NCBI GenBank assembly: GCA_963727625.1
Contig: CAVSHR010000004.1
Coordinates: 1,216,001-1,280,000, forward strand
Direction of reading: 5' to 3'
DNA: 64,000 nt
From: an uncultured delta proteobacterium
GTDB taxonomy: Bacteria; Desulfobacterota; Binatia; UBA9968
The position numbers were made by a program, and so were the translations under genes. Position 1 is the first letter of the stretch. Each line of letters opens with the position of its first letter. The notes under the pieces are model-generated. The model ran no database searches, was not told the DNA's origin, and saw nothing but the letters and a program-made list of their open reading frames with translations. Of this stretch, positions 8,128 through 18,506 are shown in pieces.

Positions 8128-9489
8128 CTAAGCCGCCCGCTTCTGCACCACCTGTTTGAAGACTTCCCAACTTTTCAACAGATCGAGGGCCCGTTTCAGC
8201 TGGGCGTCCTTATCAATGGTCTCGTCACCGGTCGGGCCCGAAGAAGGAATTTGTTTTTCCTGCTCGCGGTCCACTTGATTCGGTTGGGAATTCGGCGACT
8301 GCGTCGGGTTTTGCAAGTGGCCCGGCAAATTTTCCTCGCGCAAACTCGGCCGGCGCGCCGCCGGTTCGGCCTTGCCGTCCACGGGCGTGTTGTCCAAGAT
8401 AATATCCGGCACGATGCCCGTGGCTTGGATCGACCGGCCATTGGGCGTGAAGTAGCGCGCCGTGGTCAAGCGCAGCGCTGAGTTGTCGTCGAGCGGCAAG
8501 ATCGTCTGCACCGAACCTTTACCGAACGTCTTGGTGCCCAACACCACCGCCCGTTTGTGGTCCTGCAATGCGCCGGCGACGATCTCAGAAGCGCTGGCGC
8601 TGCCGCCGTTAACCAAGACAACTATTGGAAAGTCCATCCAGGTACCGTCCTTCTGGGCGAAGTATTTCTGCTTCTGCGCTGCGATCCGCCCTTCGGTGTA
8701 AACGATTAAGCCGGAGTCTAGAAACATGTCCGAGACCCGCACTGCTTGGGTCAATAGACCGCCCGGATTGTTGCGTAAATCGAGCACCAGCCCCTTGATG
8801 CCGTTCTTCTCGGCGGCGATCTTTTCGAGCGCCCGCTGCATATCGCGGTCGCTGCGCTCTTGGAATTGCGCCAGCCGAATGTAGCCGTATCCCGGTTCCA
8901 GCGTGCGGCTGCGCACGCTCTGCACGCGGATGATGTCACGCACCAGTGTGAAATCCAAGAGATCGGCGACGCCCTCGCGTTTGATCGACAAATTGATCTT
9001 GGAACCTTTGACGCCGCGCATTTTTTTCACCGCGTCGACCAGCGACATGTCTTTGGTAAATTCCTGTTCGATCTTGAAGATTTGATCGCCGGGCTTGATG
9101 CCGGCCCTGGCGGCCGGGGTATCTTCGATGGGCGAGACCACCGTCAAGATCCCGCTCTTCACCGTGATCTCGATGCCCAAACCCCCGAATCGGCCCTGGG
9201 TATCGCTCTGCAGTTCTTTGTAAAGCTCGGGAGTGAGATAAGCACTGTGCGGGTCGAGGGAGTTGAGCATTCCGTTGATCGCGCCGCTGACTAGGTTTTT
9301 GGTATCGACCTCTTCGACGTAATTTTTTCTGACGATCGCAAGGATGTTGCTGAATGCTTCCAGGCTTTCGTAATCCTGCCGACCCACCGCCGCGACGTTA
9401 GGCACCCAGTGGGCGGAAAGGAAAAATCCCAAGGCTAGGCCGACAATTAAAAGCAACAACGGTGTCCCATGTTTTTGCACCATACGCAT
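8128..9489 (-). CDS. ctpA: Carboxy-terminal processing protease, S41 family with PDZ domain
   Basis: LDPHS, DLRNNPGG, SASASEI and TFGKGSVQ motifs. Confidence 0.92.
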   Translation of the reverse strand: MRMVQKHGTPLLLLIVGLALGFFLSAHWVPNVAAVGRQDYESLEAFSNILAIVRKNYVEEVDTKNLVSGAINGMLNSLDPHSAYLTPELYKELQSDTQGRFGGLGIEITVKSGILTVVSPIEDTPAARAGIKPGDQIFKIEQEFTKDMSLVDAVKKMRGVKGSKINLSIKREGVADLLDFTLVRDIIRVQSVRSRTLEPGYGYIRLAQFQERSDRDMQRALEKIAAEKNGIKGLVLDLRNNPGGLLTQAVRVSDMFLDSGLIVYTEGRIAAQKQKYFAQKDGTWMDFPIVVLVNGGSASASEIVAGALQDHKRAVVLGTKTFGKGSVQTILPLDDNSALRLTTARYFTPNGRSIQATGIVPDIILDNTPVDGKAEPAARRPSLREENLPGHLQNPTQSPNSQPNQVDREQEKQIPSSGPTGDETIDKDAQLKRALDLLKSWEVFKQVVQKRAA

Positions 9490-9555
9490 TGGCTATCTCC
9501 TCGACGGGTTCGGACCTAAAACTCGCTCAAGTTTATCGCAACGCAAAAAAAATAT

Positions 9556-10725
9556 CTATTGCTTCTTGAACCACGGCACCGGGTCGAGCGAATGGCCGTC
9601 CTTGCGGATTTCGAAATAGAGCTTCGAGCCCGCCAAGGAGTCGCTGTCACCGGCCCGTCCAAGGACTTCTCCCCGCTTCACCTCGTCGCCGGTTTGTTTA
9701 AGGATTTCAGAGAGATGCCCGTAAATCGTATAGTAACGCTCGCCGTGGTCGACAATCACCATATTACCATAGCCGGAAAAACGATCGGCGTAAACGACCC
9801 TGCCCTTCTCCACCGCTTTGATCTCCTCGCCCAGGGGCGCGTCGATGTCGATGCCCTTGCGCACGATCTCGGCCGCGAACACCGGGTGCTTATACTTGCC
9901 AAAGGGGGCGGTGACCCGGCCGTGCACCGGCCATTCCAGGTGACCGCGCAGGGCTTCGAGGCCGACGCCGGGTGACGGCAGCGATGGCGCCGCTTTGGGT
10001 CGGGCCAAAGCGCGCCGGGCAATTTCCTCCAACATTTTTTCCAAGCGCTGCGCCGCTGCTTCCATTTCCTTGAGGGCACGCAAACGGGTTCGCTTTTCCC
10101 GGCGCACACTGCTCAATAGCAATTTTCTCTTCTGCGCCTCCTGGCTGATCGCTTGCTTGGCAGTTCCCAGGGCTTTTTGCTGCTCGGCCAGTTCGGCTCT
10201 TTTTTCCGACAACTCGCCAAGCAGCGTCGCTTGCCGTTCGCTTTCGGCGCCGAGCTTGGCGAGCAGCTCGCGATCGAAGGACAGCGCTGCCTCCAAATAA
10301 TGTTGGCGCTGCATGAAATCCGCTAGCGACACACTGCCGTTAAGAACCACCAGCGGGCTTCCGTTGCGCTGCCAGCGATAAAGCGCGGCGGCGCGCTTGG
10401 CGAGCAGCGCTCGCCGCGCCGCGATCGAAGCGGCAAGGCGCTCGGCTTCGGTCTCCTTGGCTTTAAGCTCGCTGCCGATCGACGAGAGCTTGGCCGCGGC
10501 CCGGTTTAGCTCCTTTGTCCGCGCGGCGAGCACGGTTTGGATTTTCCCCAACGATTGGAGCACGGAGGTTTCCTTCTTTTTTAATCGGGAAAGATCTTTT
10601 TTCTCGGTCTCGATTTTTTTGCGCATGCCCTCGAGTTCGCCTTTGACCGCCGCCGCGCCCAAGAGCCCCGGCGCCATGAAGCAAATGAGCAGCGCTATCA
10701 GGCCTGCGCGCTGGACGCTTTCCAC
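9556..10725 (-). CDS. envC: Murein hydrolase activator EnvC family (coiled coil plus degenerate M23 domain)
   Basis: Follows ftsEX; long coiled coil; M23 domain lacking the Zn ligands (RKGID, KLYFE). Confidence 0.85.
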   Translation of the reverse strand: MESVQRAGLIALLICFMAPGLLGAAAVKGELEGMRKKIETEKKDLSRLKKKETSVLQSLGKIQTVLAARTKELNRAAAKLSSIGSELKAKETEAERLAASIAARRALLAKRAAALYRWQRNGSPLVVLNGSVSLADFMQRQHYLEAALSFDRELLAKLGAESERQATLLGELSEKRAELAEQQKALGTAKQAISQEAQKRKLLLSSVRREKRTRLRALKEMEAAAQRLEKMLEEIARRALARPKAAPSLPSPGVGLEALRGHLEWPVHGRVTAPFGKYKHPVFAAEIVRKGIDIDAPLGEEIKAVEKGRVVYADRFSGYGNMVIVDHGERYYTIYGHLSEILKQTGDEVKRGEVLGRAGDSDSLAGSKLYFEIRKDGHSLDPVPWFKKQ

Positions 10726-11621
10726 GTCTTGATAAACCTCCGCAACGAAATCAGGCTGCCCGCCCCGCCCAATAGCCAGCCGGTGATGAGCAGCAGGACC
10801 ATGCCTTTCACGTCCAAAAACTGCGGTTCGCCGAGGGGGGCTAAAAAACCGCCCAGCGCCGGCACTTCGCTACGCAAAAGCAGGTAAACGATCCATAGCC
10901 CGGCAAGCGAAAGCGCACCGCCGGCGAGTCCCTGAATCATGCCTTCGATTACGAAGGGCGCTTGGATGAGGTTTTCCGAGGCGCCCACCAACTGCATGAT
11001 CTCGACTTCGTCTTTGCGCGCCAGGATCGCCAGCTTGACCGTGCTGCCGACGATAAAAAATGTCGCCATGAACAGCACGCCGCCAAAAATCCATTTGATC
11101 CATTCCACCGCGAGCACAGCTAACGCGAGCCGCTCGACCCATTCCTGCGGAAATTCGACGCTGGCAATCTGCGGCGCTTTTTTCAGACGCTGGGCCAACT
11201 CATCGACCATCGGACCGTCGCGGAAAGCCGGTTTGAGCGAGATCTCGAGGGATGCCGGTAACACCTCACGCGGCAGACCTTCCAACAAACCGGACTGGGC
11301 GCCCAAGGCGGTTTGAAAATCGCGCCAGGCTTGCTCTTGGCTGACGTGCCGGACCCGTTCGACCTCGGCCATCGCCGCGACACGTCGCACTAGCCCTTGG
11401 ACTTCATCGGGCGCCAAGCCGTTGTTCAGGTACGCGGTGATTTGAATCTGGTCGCCCCAGCCCTTGAGCAGATGTTGCAAATTGGCTTCCAGCAGCATAA
11501 AGCCGCCGAAAACAAACAGTGTCATCGCCGTGGTCCCGGCGGTCAGCGTGTGCGTCCAAATGAGCTGGCGCAAATTGCTGCGCACACGGCGCAGCACGAA
11601 ACCGAGCAGCGAAATTTTCAC
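10698..11621 (-). CDS. ftsX: Cell division permease-like protein FtsX
   Basis: Four TM segments, EVEIMQLVGA...IQAPFVIEG motif, overlaps ftsE. Confidence 0.93.
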   Translation of the reverse strand: MKISLLGFVLRRVRSNLRQLIWTHTLTAGTTAMTLFVFGGFMLLEANLQHLLKGWGDQIQITAYLNNGLAPDEVQGLVRRVAAMAEVERVRHVSQEQAWRDFQTALGAQSGLLEGLPREVLPASLEISLKPAFRDGPMVDELAQRLKKAPQIASVEFPQEWVERLALAVLAVEWIKWIFGGVLFMATFFIVGSTVKLAILARKDEVEIMQLVGASENLIQAPFVIEGMIQGLAGGALSLAGLWIVYLLLRSEVPALGGFLAPLGEPQFLDVKGMVLLLITGWLLGGAGSLISLRRFIKTWKASSAQA

Positions 11622-12307
11622 CCGCCGTGCTCCGCAGGCAAGATCCGGGTCAGGTCGTCGACCAAAACGCCGCGCTTCAAGGAAAGCACGCGCGTGCCGT
11701 AACGATTGATCATGGTCAAATCATGAGAAGCGACGATGACCGTTGCACCACGGTCGCGCATTTTGACAAACAGGCGCATGATCTCGTCGGCCACTTCGGC
11801 GTCGAGATTGCCGGTCGGCTCATCGGCCAAAATCAACAATGGATCGTTGATCAACGCCCGCGCGATGGCGACGCGCTGCTGCTCGCCCGCCGACAGCGCC
11901 AACGGCTTGGCGTCGTAGCGCTCTTTCAAGCCGACTTCGCGCAGCAACTGATACGCCCGGGTGCGGCTCTCGCGTTTCGACAAACCGACGACTTCGGCGG
12001 CCAGCGCAACGTTTTCCAGCGCCGTCAGACCCGGCAACAGTTTGAACTCTTGAAAGACCAGGCCGATTTTTCGGCGCAGTTGGGCCACGCCGCGGCTCTT
12101 CAGCCGCGCGACGTTTTTGCCTTCGAGCAAGATCTGTCCTTCGCTCGGCTCTTCCTCCCGAAACAACAGCTTGAGTAGCGTCGATTTGCCGGCGCCGCTG
12201 GGGCCGCCGACGAAAATGAACTCGCCCGTGGCGATTTCTAAAGTGAGATCGGATATCGCCCGGTAGCTTGGCGCATAGATTTTCGAGACGTGAAAAAACT
12301 GAATCAT
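11618..12307 (-). CDS. ftsE: Cell division ATP-binding protein FtsE
   Basis: Walker [18 protein letters not shown] signature, ADEPTGNLD. Confidence 0.93.
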   Translation of the reverse strand: MIQFFHVSKIYAPSYRAISDLTLEIATGEFIFVGGPSGAGKSTLLKLLFREEEPSEGQILLEGKNVARLKSRGVAQLRRKIGLVFQEFKLLPGLTALENVALAAEVVGLSKRESRTRAYQLLREVGLKERYDAKPLALSAGEQQRVAIARALINDPLLILADEPTGNLDAEVADEIMRLFVKMRDRGATVIVASHDLTMINRYGTRVLSLKRGVLVDDLTRILPAEHGG

Positions 12308-12356
12308 CTAAACCGCAAATTCCGCTGACAGAATCGCTATTTAATGGAAAACAAAC

Positions 12357-12385
12357 TTGACATGAGAGGGGGTGGTTGTTAGAGT
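12357..12385 (+). promoter_or_regulatory. Sigma-70-type promoter for the radical SAM gene
   Basis: TTGACA-N17-TAGAGT with an extended -10 TG. Confidence 0.65.
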
Positions 12386-12450
12386 TGTTGAAACTACCGC
12401 GCTTAACTTATCTATAAAGAAAGCCGCACCAACTTACAAGCACAGGAGAG

Positions 12451-14670
12451 GTGACGGATCCAATGCTCGAACAAATCAAAAAATTTCATATCGTTTTGAT
12501 CAAACCTTCCAAATACGACGACGACGGCTATGTGATTCGTTTCTGGAAAGGTGTCCTGCCGAGCAACACGCTCAACGTCTTGCACGGCCTCACCGAAGAC
12601 ATCAAAACGCGCGGCGTCTTCGGCGCGCTGCCGATCGAAGTCACCACCTTCGATGAAACCGCCGAGAAAGTGCCGCTCAAGCAAATCATTCGCTGGAGCA
12701 AGGCACCGGGCACCAAGCTGCTTGTCTGTTTGGTCGGCGTGCAGACCAATCAATTTCCCCGCGCACTGGACATGGCGCGCATCCTCAAGGCCGAAGGCAT
12801 CACGATCATCATGGGTGGTTTTCATACCAGCGGCACGATCAACATGCTTGGCGACCAGGAACCGGATATTCAGGAACTTTATCGTGAAGGCATTTGCATG
12901 GTTTCAGGCGAGGTCGAGGGCAAGTGGGAAGGCATTCTGTCGGATTACCTGCACGGCCAACTCATGCCGCTCTATAGCTTTGCCCAGGATCTGCAAAATC
13001 TCGTCGATATCGAAGAGGCGCCGCTGCCGAGAACCAGCGCCAAGACGATGAAGCATTTCGCTTATCCGAGCTTCGCCACCGCCGATACCTCGCGCGGCTG
13101 CCCGTTCGCGTGCAGCTTCTGCACGATTATCAACGTGCAGGGGCGCAAAATGCGCGAGCGCAGCCCGCAGAGCATCGCCGCGATGATGCGCCGCAACTAT
13201 CTCGATCACGGGCTGTCTTTTTATTTCTTTACCGACGACAATTTTGCGCGTAAAAAACTCTGGCGCGAAACCTTCGAAGAGATCATCAAGCTGCGCGAAG
13301 AAGGCCTTGACGTTTCCTTCATGATGCAGGTGGATCTGGCGAAAAAGCCCAAAGACTTCGTGCCGCTGGCCGCCCGCGCCGGCTGCACGCAGGTCTTTAT
13401 CGGCATGGAGAGCGTCAACCCGCAAAACCTCGAAGCCGAAGGCAAAAAACAGAACAAGGTCGAAGAGTACCGCAGCATTATCAAGGAATGGCATGACGCC
13501 GGCGTGCTGGTGCACACCGGCTACATCATCGGCCTGCCCTGGGACTCCAAAGAGCAGGTCGCCGCCGATGTGCGTTTCTTGATGGACGAAGTCGCCCCCG
13601 ACCAAGCGTCCTTTTTCATGTTGACGCCCCTGCCCGGCTCCCACGATCACCGCGAGATGAAGAAGCGCGGCGACTGGATGGATCCGGATTTCAACAAACG
13701 CGACTCTTTCCACGCCACCATCAAGCACCCGCTGATGAGCAGCGAAGAATGGACCGAGGCCTACGAGAGCGCCTGGAAAACTTTCTACAGCAAAGAAAAC
13801 ATGATCCGGAGTTTGTCGCGCTGGACCAACGAGCCGAAAAATTATTGGAACTTGATGTCGATTTTCTTCTGGTACAAGAACGCCGCGTTGATCGAAAAAC
13901 AGCATCCGATGGTGGCGGGCTTCTTCCGGCTCAAAGACCGCAAGACCCGGCGCGCCGGCTACGCGGTAGACTCGATTCCCGTGCATCTGTGGAAGCGCAC
14001 CCGGGAGAACACTAGACTGATGATCACTTGGGCGAAGTTCCTCAAGGAGATGGAAGAGGTCTGGCTCCAAACCCGCAAGAGAAGCGAGACCGAGGAGCGC
14101 TGGCTCGAACAGATACAGAAATTACAAGCCGACATCTGGCAGGCGTTGAGAATCGGTGAGATCCAAAAACTCTACAACAACGCCAAAGAAAACCTGCCGG
14201 AGCGGGCGCGCGTACTGCTCGAACCCCTGGAAGATCTTTCGTCGCGAGTGGTCTATAACCGCAACGACCTCAACCGATTTCTAAAGCAATGGGATAACCT
14301 GACGGAAACAATTCAGGATTTGCGGCCGAAAGAAAGCGAAGCGGCGCGCCGTTTGCTCGACGAGATCCACCATATTCAGACCAGTGTCCGTTTGGGTGGA
14401 CGCATCCATGAGTGGCAGGAGGCCTATACCCGGCTGCGCGGCACCCTGCCGTCAAGAACCCAGCTCAGCCTGATCAAGTTCGATGCCATCAACAATCGCG
14501 TGGTCTATTCGCGACAGGAGCTGCAGCGCGTTTGGTCGCAAACTTTGCTCAACCTGCGCCAGCTGAAGCTGTGGCAGATTCGGCCGTGGAAGTTTACCAA
14601 GGCGATGGTCAAAGACTTTTCGTTGACGACATCCTTCGCCAGTAGTTTTCGGGAATTTTCCAGACAGTAG
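12451..14670 (+). CDS. B12-binding domain radical SAM protein with a C-terminal repeat extension
   Basis: GTG start after AGGAG; B12-binding-like IIMGGFH region; SRGCPFACSFC (CxxxCxxC); FTDDNF; IGMES. Confidence 0.88.
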   Translation: MTDPMLEQIKKFHIVLIKPSKYDDDGYVIRFWKGVLPSNTLNVLHGLTEDIKTRGVFGALPIEVTTFDETAEKVPLKQIIRWSKAPGTKLLVCLVGVQTNQFPRALDMARILKAEGITIIMGGFHTSGTINMLGDQEPDIQELYREGICMVSGEVEGKWEGILSDYLHGQLMPLYSFAQDLQNLVDIEEAPLPRTSAKTMKHFAYPSFATADTSRGCPFACSFCTIINVQGRKMRERSPQSIAAMMRRNYLDHGLSFYFFTDDNFARKKLWRETFEEIIKLREEGLDVSFMMQVDLAKKPKDFVPLAARAGCTQVFIGMESVNPQNLEAEGKKQNKVEEYRSIIKEWHDAGVLVHTGYIIGLPWDSKEQVAADVRFLMDEVAPDQASFFMLTPLPGSHDHREMKKRGDWMDPDFNKRDSFHATIKHPLMSSEEWTEAYESAWKTFYSKENMIRSLSRWTNEPKNYWNLMSIFFWYKNAALIEKQHPMVAGFFRLKDRKTRRAGYAVDSIPVHLWKRTRENTRLMITWAKFLKEMEEVWLQTRKRSETEERWLEQIQKLQADIWQALRIGEIQKLYNNAKENLPERARVLLEPLEDLSSRVVYNRNDLNRFLKQWDNLTETIQDLRPKESEAARRLLDEIHHIQTSVRLGGRIHEWQEAYTRLRGTLPSRTQLSLIKFDAINNRVVYSRQELQRVWSQTLLNLRQLKLWQIRPWKFTKAMVKDFSLTTSFASSFREFSRQ

Positions 14671-14680
14671 CGCGCCGCCG

Positions 14681-15514
14681 CTAGTGGAGCAACGTCACCC
14701 GCTTCGCCAAACTGATGAGCTGCTCGCGCACCGCCGCGGCGTCATCGGCCTGCGGCGCCAAACGCAAATAGGTCTCGAAATCCGTGCGCGCCTGCGGATA
14801 ACACTCGAGCCTTGAATACACCGATCCGCGATCGCGGATCTCCTCGGCGCCGGCCGGCGCCAAAATAATCGCGCGGTCAAGCACCGCCAGAAGCTTTACC
14901 AAATCGTTGGCTTTTAGATAAATCGCCTTGAGATTGCCGAGCATCCGTTTGAGAATTTCCGTTTTGCTCGCGGGCTGGAGAAATTCGGGCCTAAGTCCGA
15001 CCGCCCTGCCGTACATCCTCTCGAGCATCCGGCCCAACTCCTCGCGCGATTTAATCTCGCCGTTATCAAACGCATCGATGACAATTTCCGCGCCGTCATC
15101 GGTGCATTTAACCAAAAAATGGCCGGGAAAGCCGACGCCGTCCAGTGCCAGGCCGACACGCTGCGCCACTTCCATGTAAAGCACGGATAACGTGATCGGA
15201 ATGCCGGTCTTACGCTCGATGACTTCGTTCAAGAAACTGTTTTTGGGGTCGTAGTAATCATCGCGGTTGCCGCGAAAGCCGTGTTGACGGAACAACACGT
15301 AATTGAGCGCGGCGATATGCTGGTAGTGGCCGGCGCCCGCGTCGCAGCGATGGACCACCTCCACGGCGAGCTCGTCGACGCGCGCCAGATAAGCGGCGAT
15401 ATCGAGATCGGGATAATCGTTTAAAGCGATCGTCAAGGCCGCGCGACCAAGGTCGATTTTCTCTTCCGGTCGGTCGACGGCCTGACGAAAGGCTTGATAC
15501 GGATCAGTAACCAA
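14681..15514 (-). CDS. SirB1/transglutaminase-like domain plus TPR protein
   Basis: GNRDDYYDPKNSFLNEVIERKTGIPITLS and GVGFPGHF motifs; C-terminal TPR-like helices. Confidence 0.9.
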   Translation of the reverse strand: MVTDPYQAFRQAVDRPEEKIDLGRAALTIALNDYPDLDIAAYLARVDELAVEVVHRCDAGAGHYQHIAALNYVLFRQHGFRGNRDDYYDPKNSFLNEVIERKTGIPITLSVLYMEVAQRVGLALDGVGFPGHFLVKCTDDGAEIVIDAFDNGEIKSREELGRMLERMYGRAVGLRPEFLQPASKTEILKRMLGNLKAIYLKANDLVKLLAVLDRAIILAPAGAEEIRDRGSVYSRLECYPQARTDFETYLRLAPQADDAAAVREQLISLAKRVTLLH

Positions 15515-15526
15515 CTGTCGATTGAC

Positions 15527-17341
15527 TTACCGAGGTTCGGCGATCACGTCCACGAGATACGGCATCTGCTTCTCCTTGACAAATTTTACGCCGCGCTCGA
15601 TGGCTGGCTGCAAATCAGCCGGATTCACCACCGGTCCTTCGCCGTGGACGCCGAAGGACTTTGCCAGGGTGGCGAAGTCGATGGCCGGATCATCCACATG
15701 CGTGCCGATGCCGGCATTTTCTACCGGACGCTTGCGGAACTTAGCGACTTCAATGCCGTGTTCTTCGGAGTTGTAGTAGGACTGATTGTTGTGCATGACC
15801 ATCAAGAGCGGGATGCGATGCTTCGCCGCGGTCCACAGCGCGCTTGAAGTCATCAGCATATCGCCGTCGGACTGGATCGCCACCGCGAGCTGACCGTTGC
15901 CTTTGAGCGCCAGCGCCGCGCCGATCGACGCGCCCGGGCCGTAGCCAAGACCGGCGCCGCCGCTTCCGCCGAGAGACTGATTGGGCTTGGTGAAATCCCA
16001 TAGCCGGCGCGTCCAACCGTTGGAAGTGCCGTTGACCAGTACCCAGTCTTCCCGCTTGACCGCCTCACCCACTTCCAAGCCCAACCAAGCAGTGGAAATT
16101 TCTTTCTGCGAGCCCTTGGCCTCGGCGTCGGCGCGCCATTTGGCGCGGCGGTTCCGGCTCTTCTCGGTCAATTCTTTTTGGCGTGTTTCGATGGCCGCCT
16201 TTTTCTTGGCGTCATTGCCGACCAGCTCCCGGCACAGCCTGGTGAGTTCCGGCACGGCCACTGCCGTATCCGCGCTCATCGGCACATCGATCGGCTGCAG
16301 CGCCTGGTAGTCGTTGGCCCAAGAATGCACCAGCATGTCGTTCATCGAGATACTAGCGATCTTGACTGCGGGCGACGTAATGTATTCGCAGTTGCGCGTT
16401 TGCTTGCTCACCGTGGTCAGGGAGCCGAACAGATCGGCCACGTCGAGGGCCAAAATAAAATCGGCTTTCTGGAGCAGCTCGCGGGCGCCGTCCGTGGCGT
16501 CCAACGGATGATTCGATGGAAAATTGAAGCGGCCGCCCTTGTCTACCACCGGCACGGCTAACAGTTCGGCGAGTTGAATTAACGCCGGCACCGTTTTCGG
16601 ATTGCGTCCTAACGTGTCGGCGATGATCAGCGGATTCTGGGCGTTGACCAGCATCTCGGCGGCGCGGCGCAGTGACTCGGGGTTCGCTTGCATCGGCGCG
16701 GGCGCGGAATAACGATTCACATCCGGGATATCGAACGCGCTGGTGAGCGCGTCTTCCTGAATGTCCGCATCATAGTTGATGTAAACCGGGGCGGTTGGGT
16801 CGGTGGTCGCGATCCGGTAGCCGCGAATGAAGGAGTCCGGCACGTCGGCTAGGGAGTAGGGCTGATCGTCCCACTTGGTATAGTCGCGGACCTGGTTGCC
16901 CTGCACCAGCGCGGTGTGGATCCAGTCGATGCGCGGGCGGCGCCGTTTGGAATTCATCGGCCCGGTGCCGCCGAGCACCATCATCGGCACCCGGTCTATA
17001 TAGGCGTTGAAAATCGCCATGCTGGCGTGCTGCAAACCGACCATGTTGTGCACGATGGCGATCATCGGTTTATTTTTGGCCTTGGCGTAGCCGTGCGCCA
17101 CCGCGACCGAAATTTCCTCATGGTGGCAGAAGATCACCTCCGGCTTGTAATTGCCGCCGTAATTGACGATGGAATCGTGAATGCCGCGAAAAGTCGCGCC
17201 CGGGTTAAAAGCGGCATATTCGATATCGAATGCCTTCATTAAGTCGACGACAACGTCGGAGCCGTATTGCGGTTGTTTTTTTTCTACTCGGGACACTGGT
17301 CTATATCCTCCCTCAAATTCGTGTTCTGCACTCCATACCAA
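15527..17341 (-). CDS. Thiamine diphosphate-dependent enzyme (acetolactate synthase/benzoylformate decarboxylase-like)
   Basis: NPGATFRGIHDS, catalytic HEE, ThDP motif DGD...NN. Confidence 0.88.
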   Translation of the reverse strand: MVWSAEHEFEGGYRPVSRVEKKQPQYGSDVVVDLMKAFDIEYAAFNPGATFRGIHDSIVNYGGNYKPEVIFCHHEEISVAVAHGYAKAKNKPMIAIVHNMVGLQHASMAIFNAYIDRVPMMVLGGTGPMNSKRRRPRIDWIHTALVQGNQVRDYTKWDDQPYSLADVPDSFIRGYRIATTDPTAPVYINYDADIQEDALTSAFDIPDVNRYSAPAPMQANPESLRRAAEMLVNAQNPLIIADTLGRNPKTVPALIQLAELLAVPVVDKGGRFNFPSNHPLDATDGARELLQKADFILALDVADLFGSLTTVSKQTRNCEYITSPAVKIASISMNDMLVHSWANDYQALQPIDVPMSADTAVAVPELTRLCRELVGNDAKKKAAIETRQKELTEKSRNRRAKWRADAEAKGSQKEISTAWLGLEVGEAVKREDWVLVNGTSNGWTRRLWDFTKPNQSLGGSGGAGLGYGPGASIGAALALKGNGQLAVAIQSDGDMLMTSSALWTAAKHRIPLLMVMHNNQSYYNSEEHGIEVAKFRKRPVENAGIGTHVDDPAIDFATLAKSFGVHGEGPVVNPADLQPAIERGVKFVKEKQMPYLVDVIAEPR

Positions 17342-17368
17342 GAATCCGGCCCTCTGGCTAGGGTTCGA

Positions 17369-18274
17369 TTAACAATTATCCACGGGTCGTATTTGCAGCA
17401 GTCCCTTGTGGTAAAACAATTCCAGCGTTTCCGGCAAATCCCCCTGACGCCCGCCGCTTGCCGAGGCTTGACCGGTTTCCAGAGCAGCGATCGCCTCCAG
17501 TACCTTTTGCACCGCCGGCGCCATGACCGACCGCATGCCATGGTGATTGAAAGTCCGCTTGAGCTCGTCCATCTCTTCGGCGCGCCGGCCGGCGTGAACG
17601 CGCAAACCGATGATCGAGGGCGCCACTTTGTCGAGCAGACCGGGAAAACTTTCCTCGTACTGGGCGCGCACCTCGTTGAGCAAACCGAAGCGCCGAGCAC
17701 CCATCAAGAGCTCGCAGAACAACCCCTGCAGCCCCTTGGTGAGTCCGGCGTAGACGACTTTGAAGGCCGACGCCTGGTTGGTGCGGGGACCGAGAATCTT
17801 GACCGGAATGTTGAACGACTCGAGAGCCTGGAGCCGGCTCGCCTCCGGACCGGAAACGTAGACGATGGTTCCTTTGCCCATCTTAGCCGCCGAGCCAATG
17901 ATGCAGCCGTCGATAAAATTGACCCCGGACGGATTCAACACTTCAGCGATGGCGTCCGCGGTCATCGGCGAAATGGCATTGGCGTCGAGAAACAAAAGAT
18001 CCTTGCGCCCGGCTTTTTTAACCGCCTTAGCGACGTTGGCCGCCACCCGCTTAGCCGCCGACGGCACGACGATGGAAACGATCAGCTCCGCGCTCCGGAC
18101 CAACTCAGCCATCGACGCCACCGAAGTGACGCCGGCGTTCGCGCCGCGCTTGCGGCTCACCTCGCCGCGGTCTTTATCATAAGTCAATACTTCCACGCCA
18201 TGGCTCTGTAACAGCTTGGCCCAGTGAAAGCCCATCTCGCCGACACTCATGATGCCGATTTTTTGCAATGACAC
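17369..18274 (-). CDS. NAD(P)-dependent oxidoreductase (6PGD/3-hydroxyisobutyrate dehydrogenase-like, DUF1932-type C-terminus)
   Basis: Rossmann-like SVGEMG, DANAISP, ASAFK catalytic Lys, HAGRRAEEM; GTG 18274 follows an AAGGAG RBS. Confidence 0.8.
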   Translation of the reverse strand: MSLQKIGIMSVGEMGFHWAKLLQSHGVEVLTYDKDRGEVSRKRGANAGVTSVASMAELVRSAELIVSIVVPSAAKRVAANVAKAVKKAGRKDLLFLDANAISPMTADAIAEVLNPSGVNFIDGCIIGSAAKMGKGTIVYVSGPEASRLQALESFNIPVKILGPRTNQASAFKVVYAGLTKGLQGLFCELLMGARRFGLLNEVRAQYEESFPGLLDKVAPSIIGLRVHAGRRAEEMDELKRTFNHHGMRSVMAPAVQKVLEAIAALETGQASASGGRQGDLPETLELFYHKGLLQIRPVDNC

Positions 18275-18506
18275 GATGATCTCCTTGACTGGATTATTGC
18301 CGGGGAAGGAAACTTCTCGACGCCGCGGCAACGCCTCCTCTATGACATAACCGTCCCGCTTTTTAAAGTAATCCTGCTTGGCCCTTCGGCACCGCCCAAA
18401 CAGAGCCGAGCTGGCAACGGCGGTAAAATCTGTTATTCCTGAAACGGTTTAGGCGGTGTCTTACAACAAATCTTCAAGTGGCTGGCCGGAAAGCAAGGAG
18501 CGATGC

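Noticed and set aside
9556-9960. Degenerate M23 active site as a novelty
   Set aside because: Loss of the Zn ligands is the normal state of EnvC.
12904-14070. Long antisense ORFs (388 aa here; also 7329-8159, 17267-18211, 28136-29194, 60799-61671)
   Set aside because: These are shadow frames opposite well-supported genes, as expected in GC-rich DNA, and carry no motifs.
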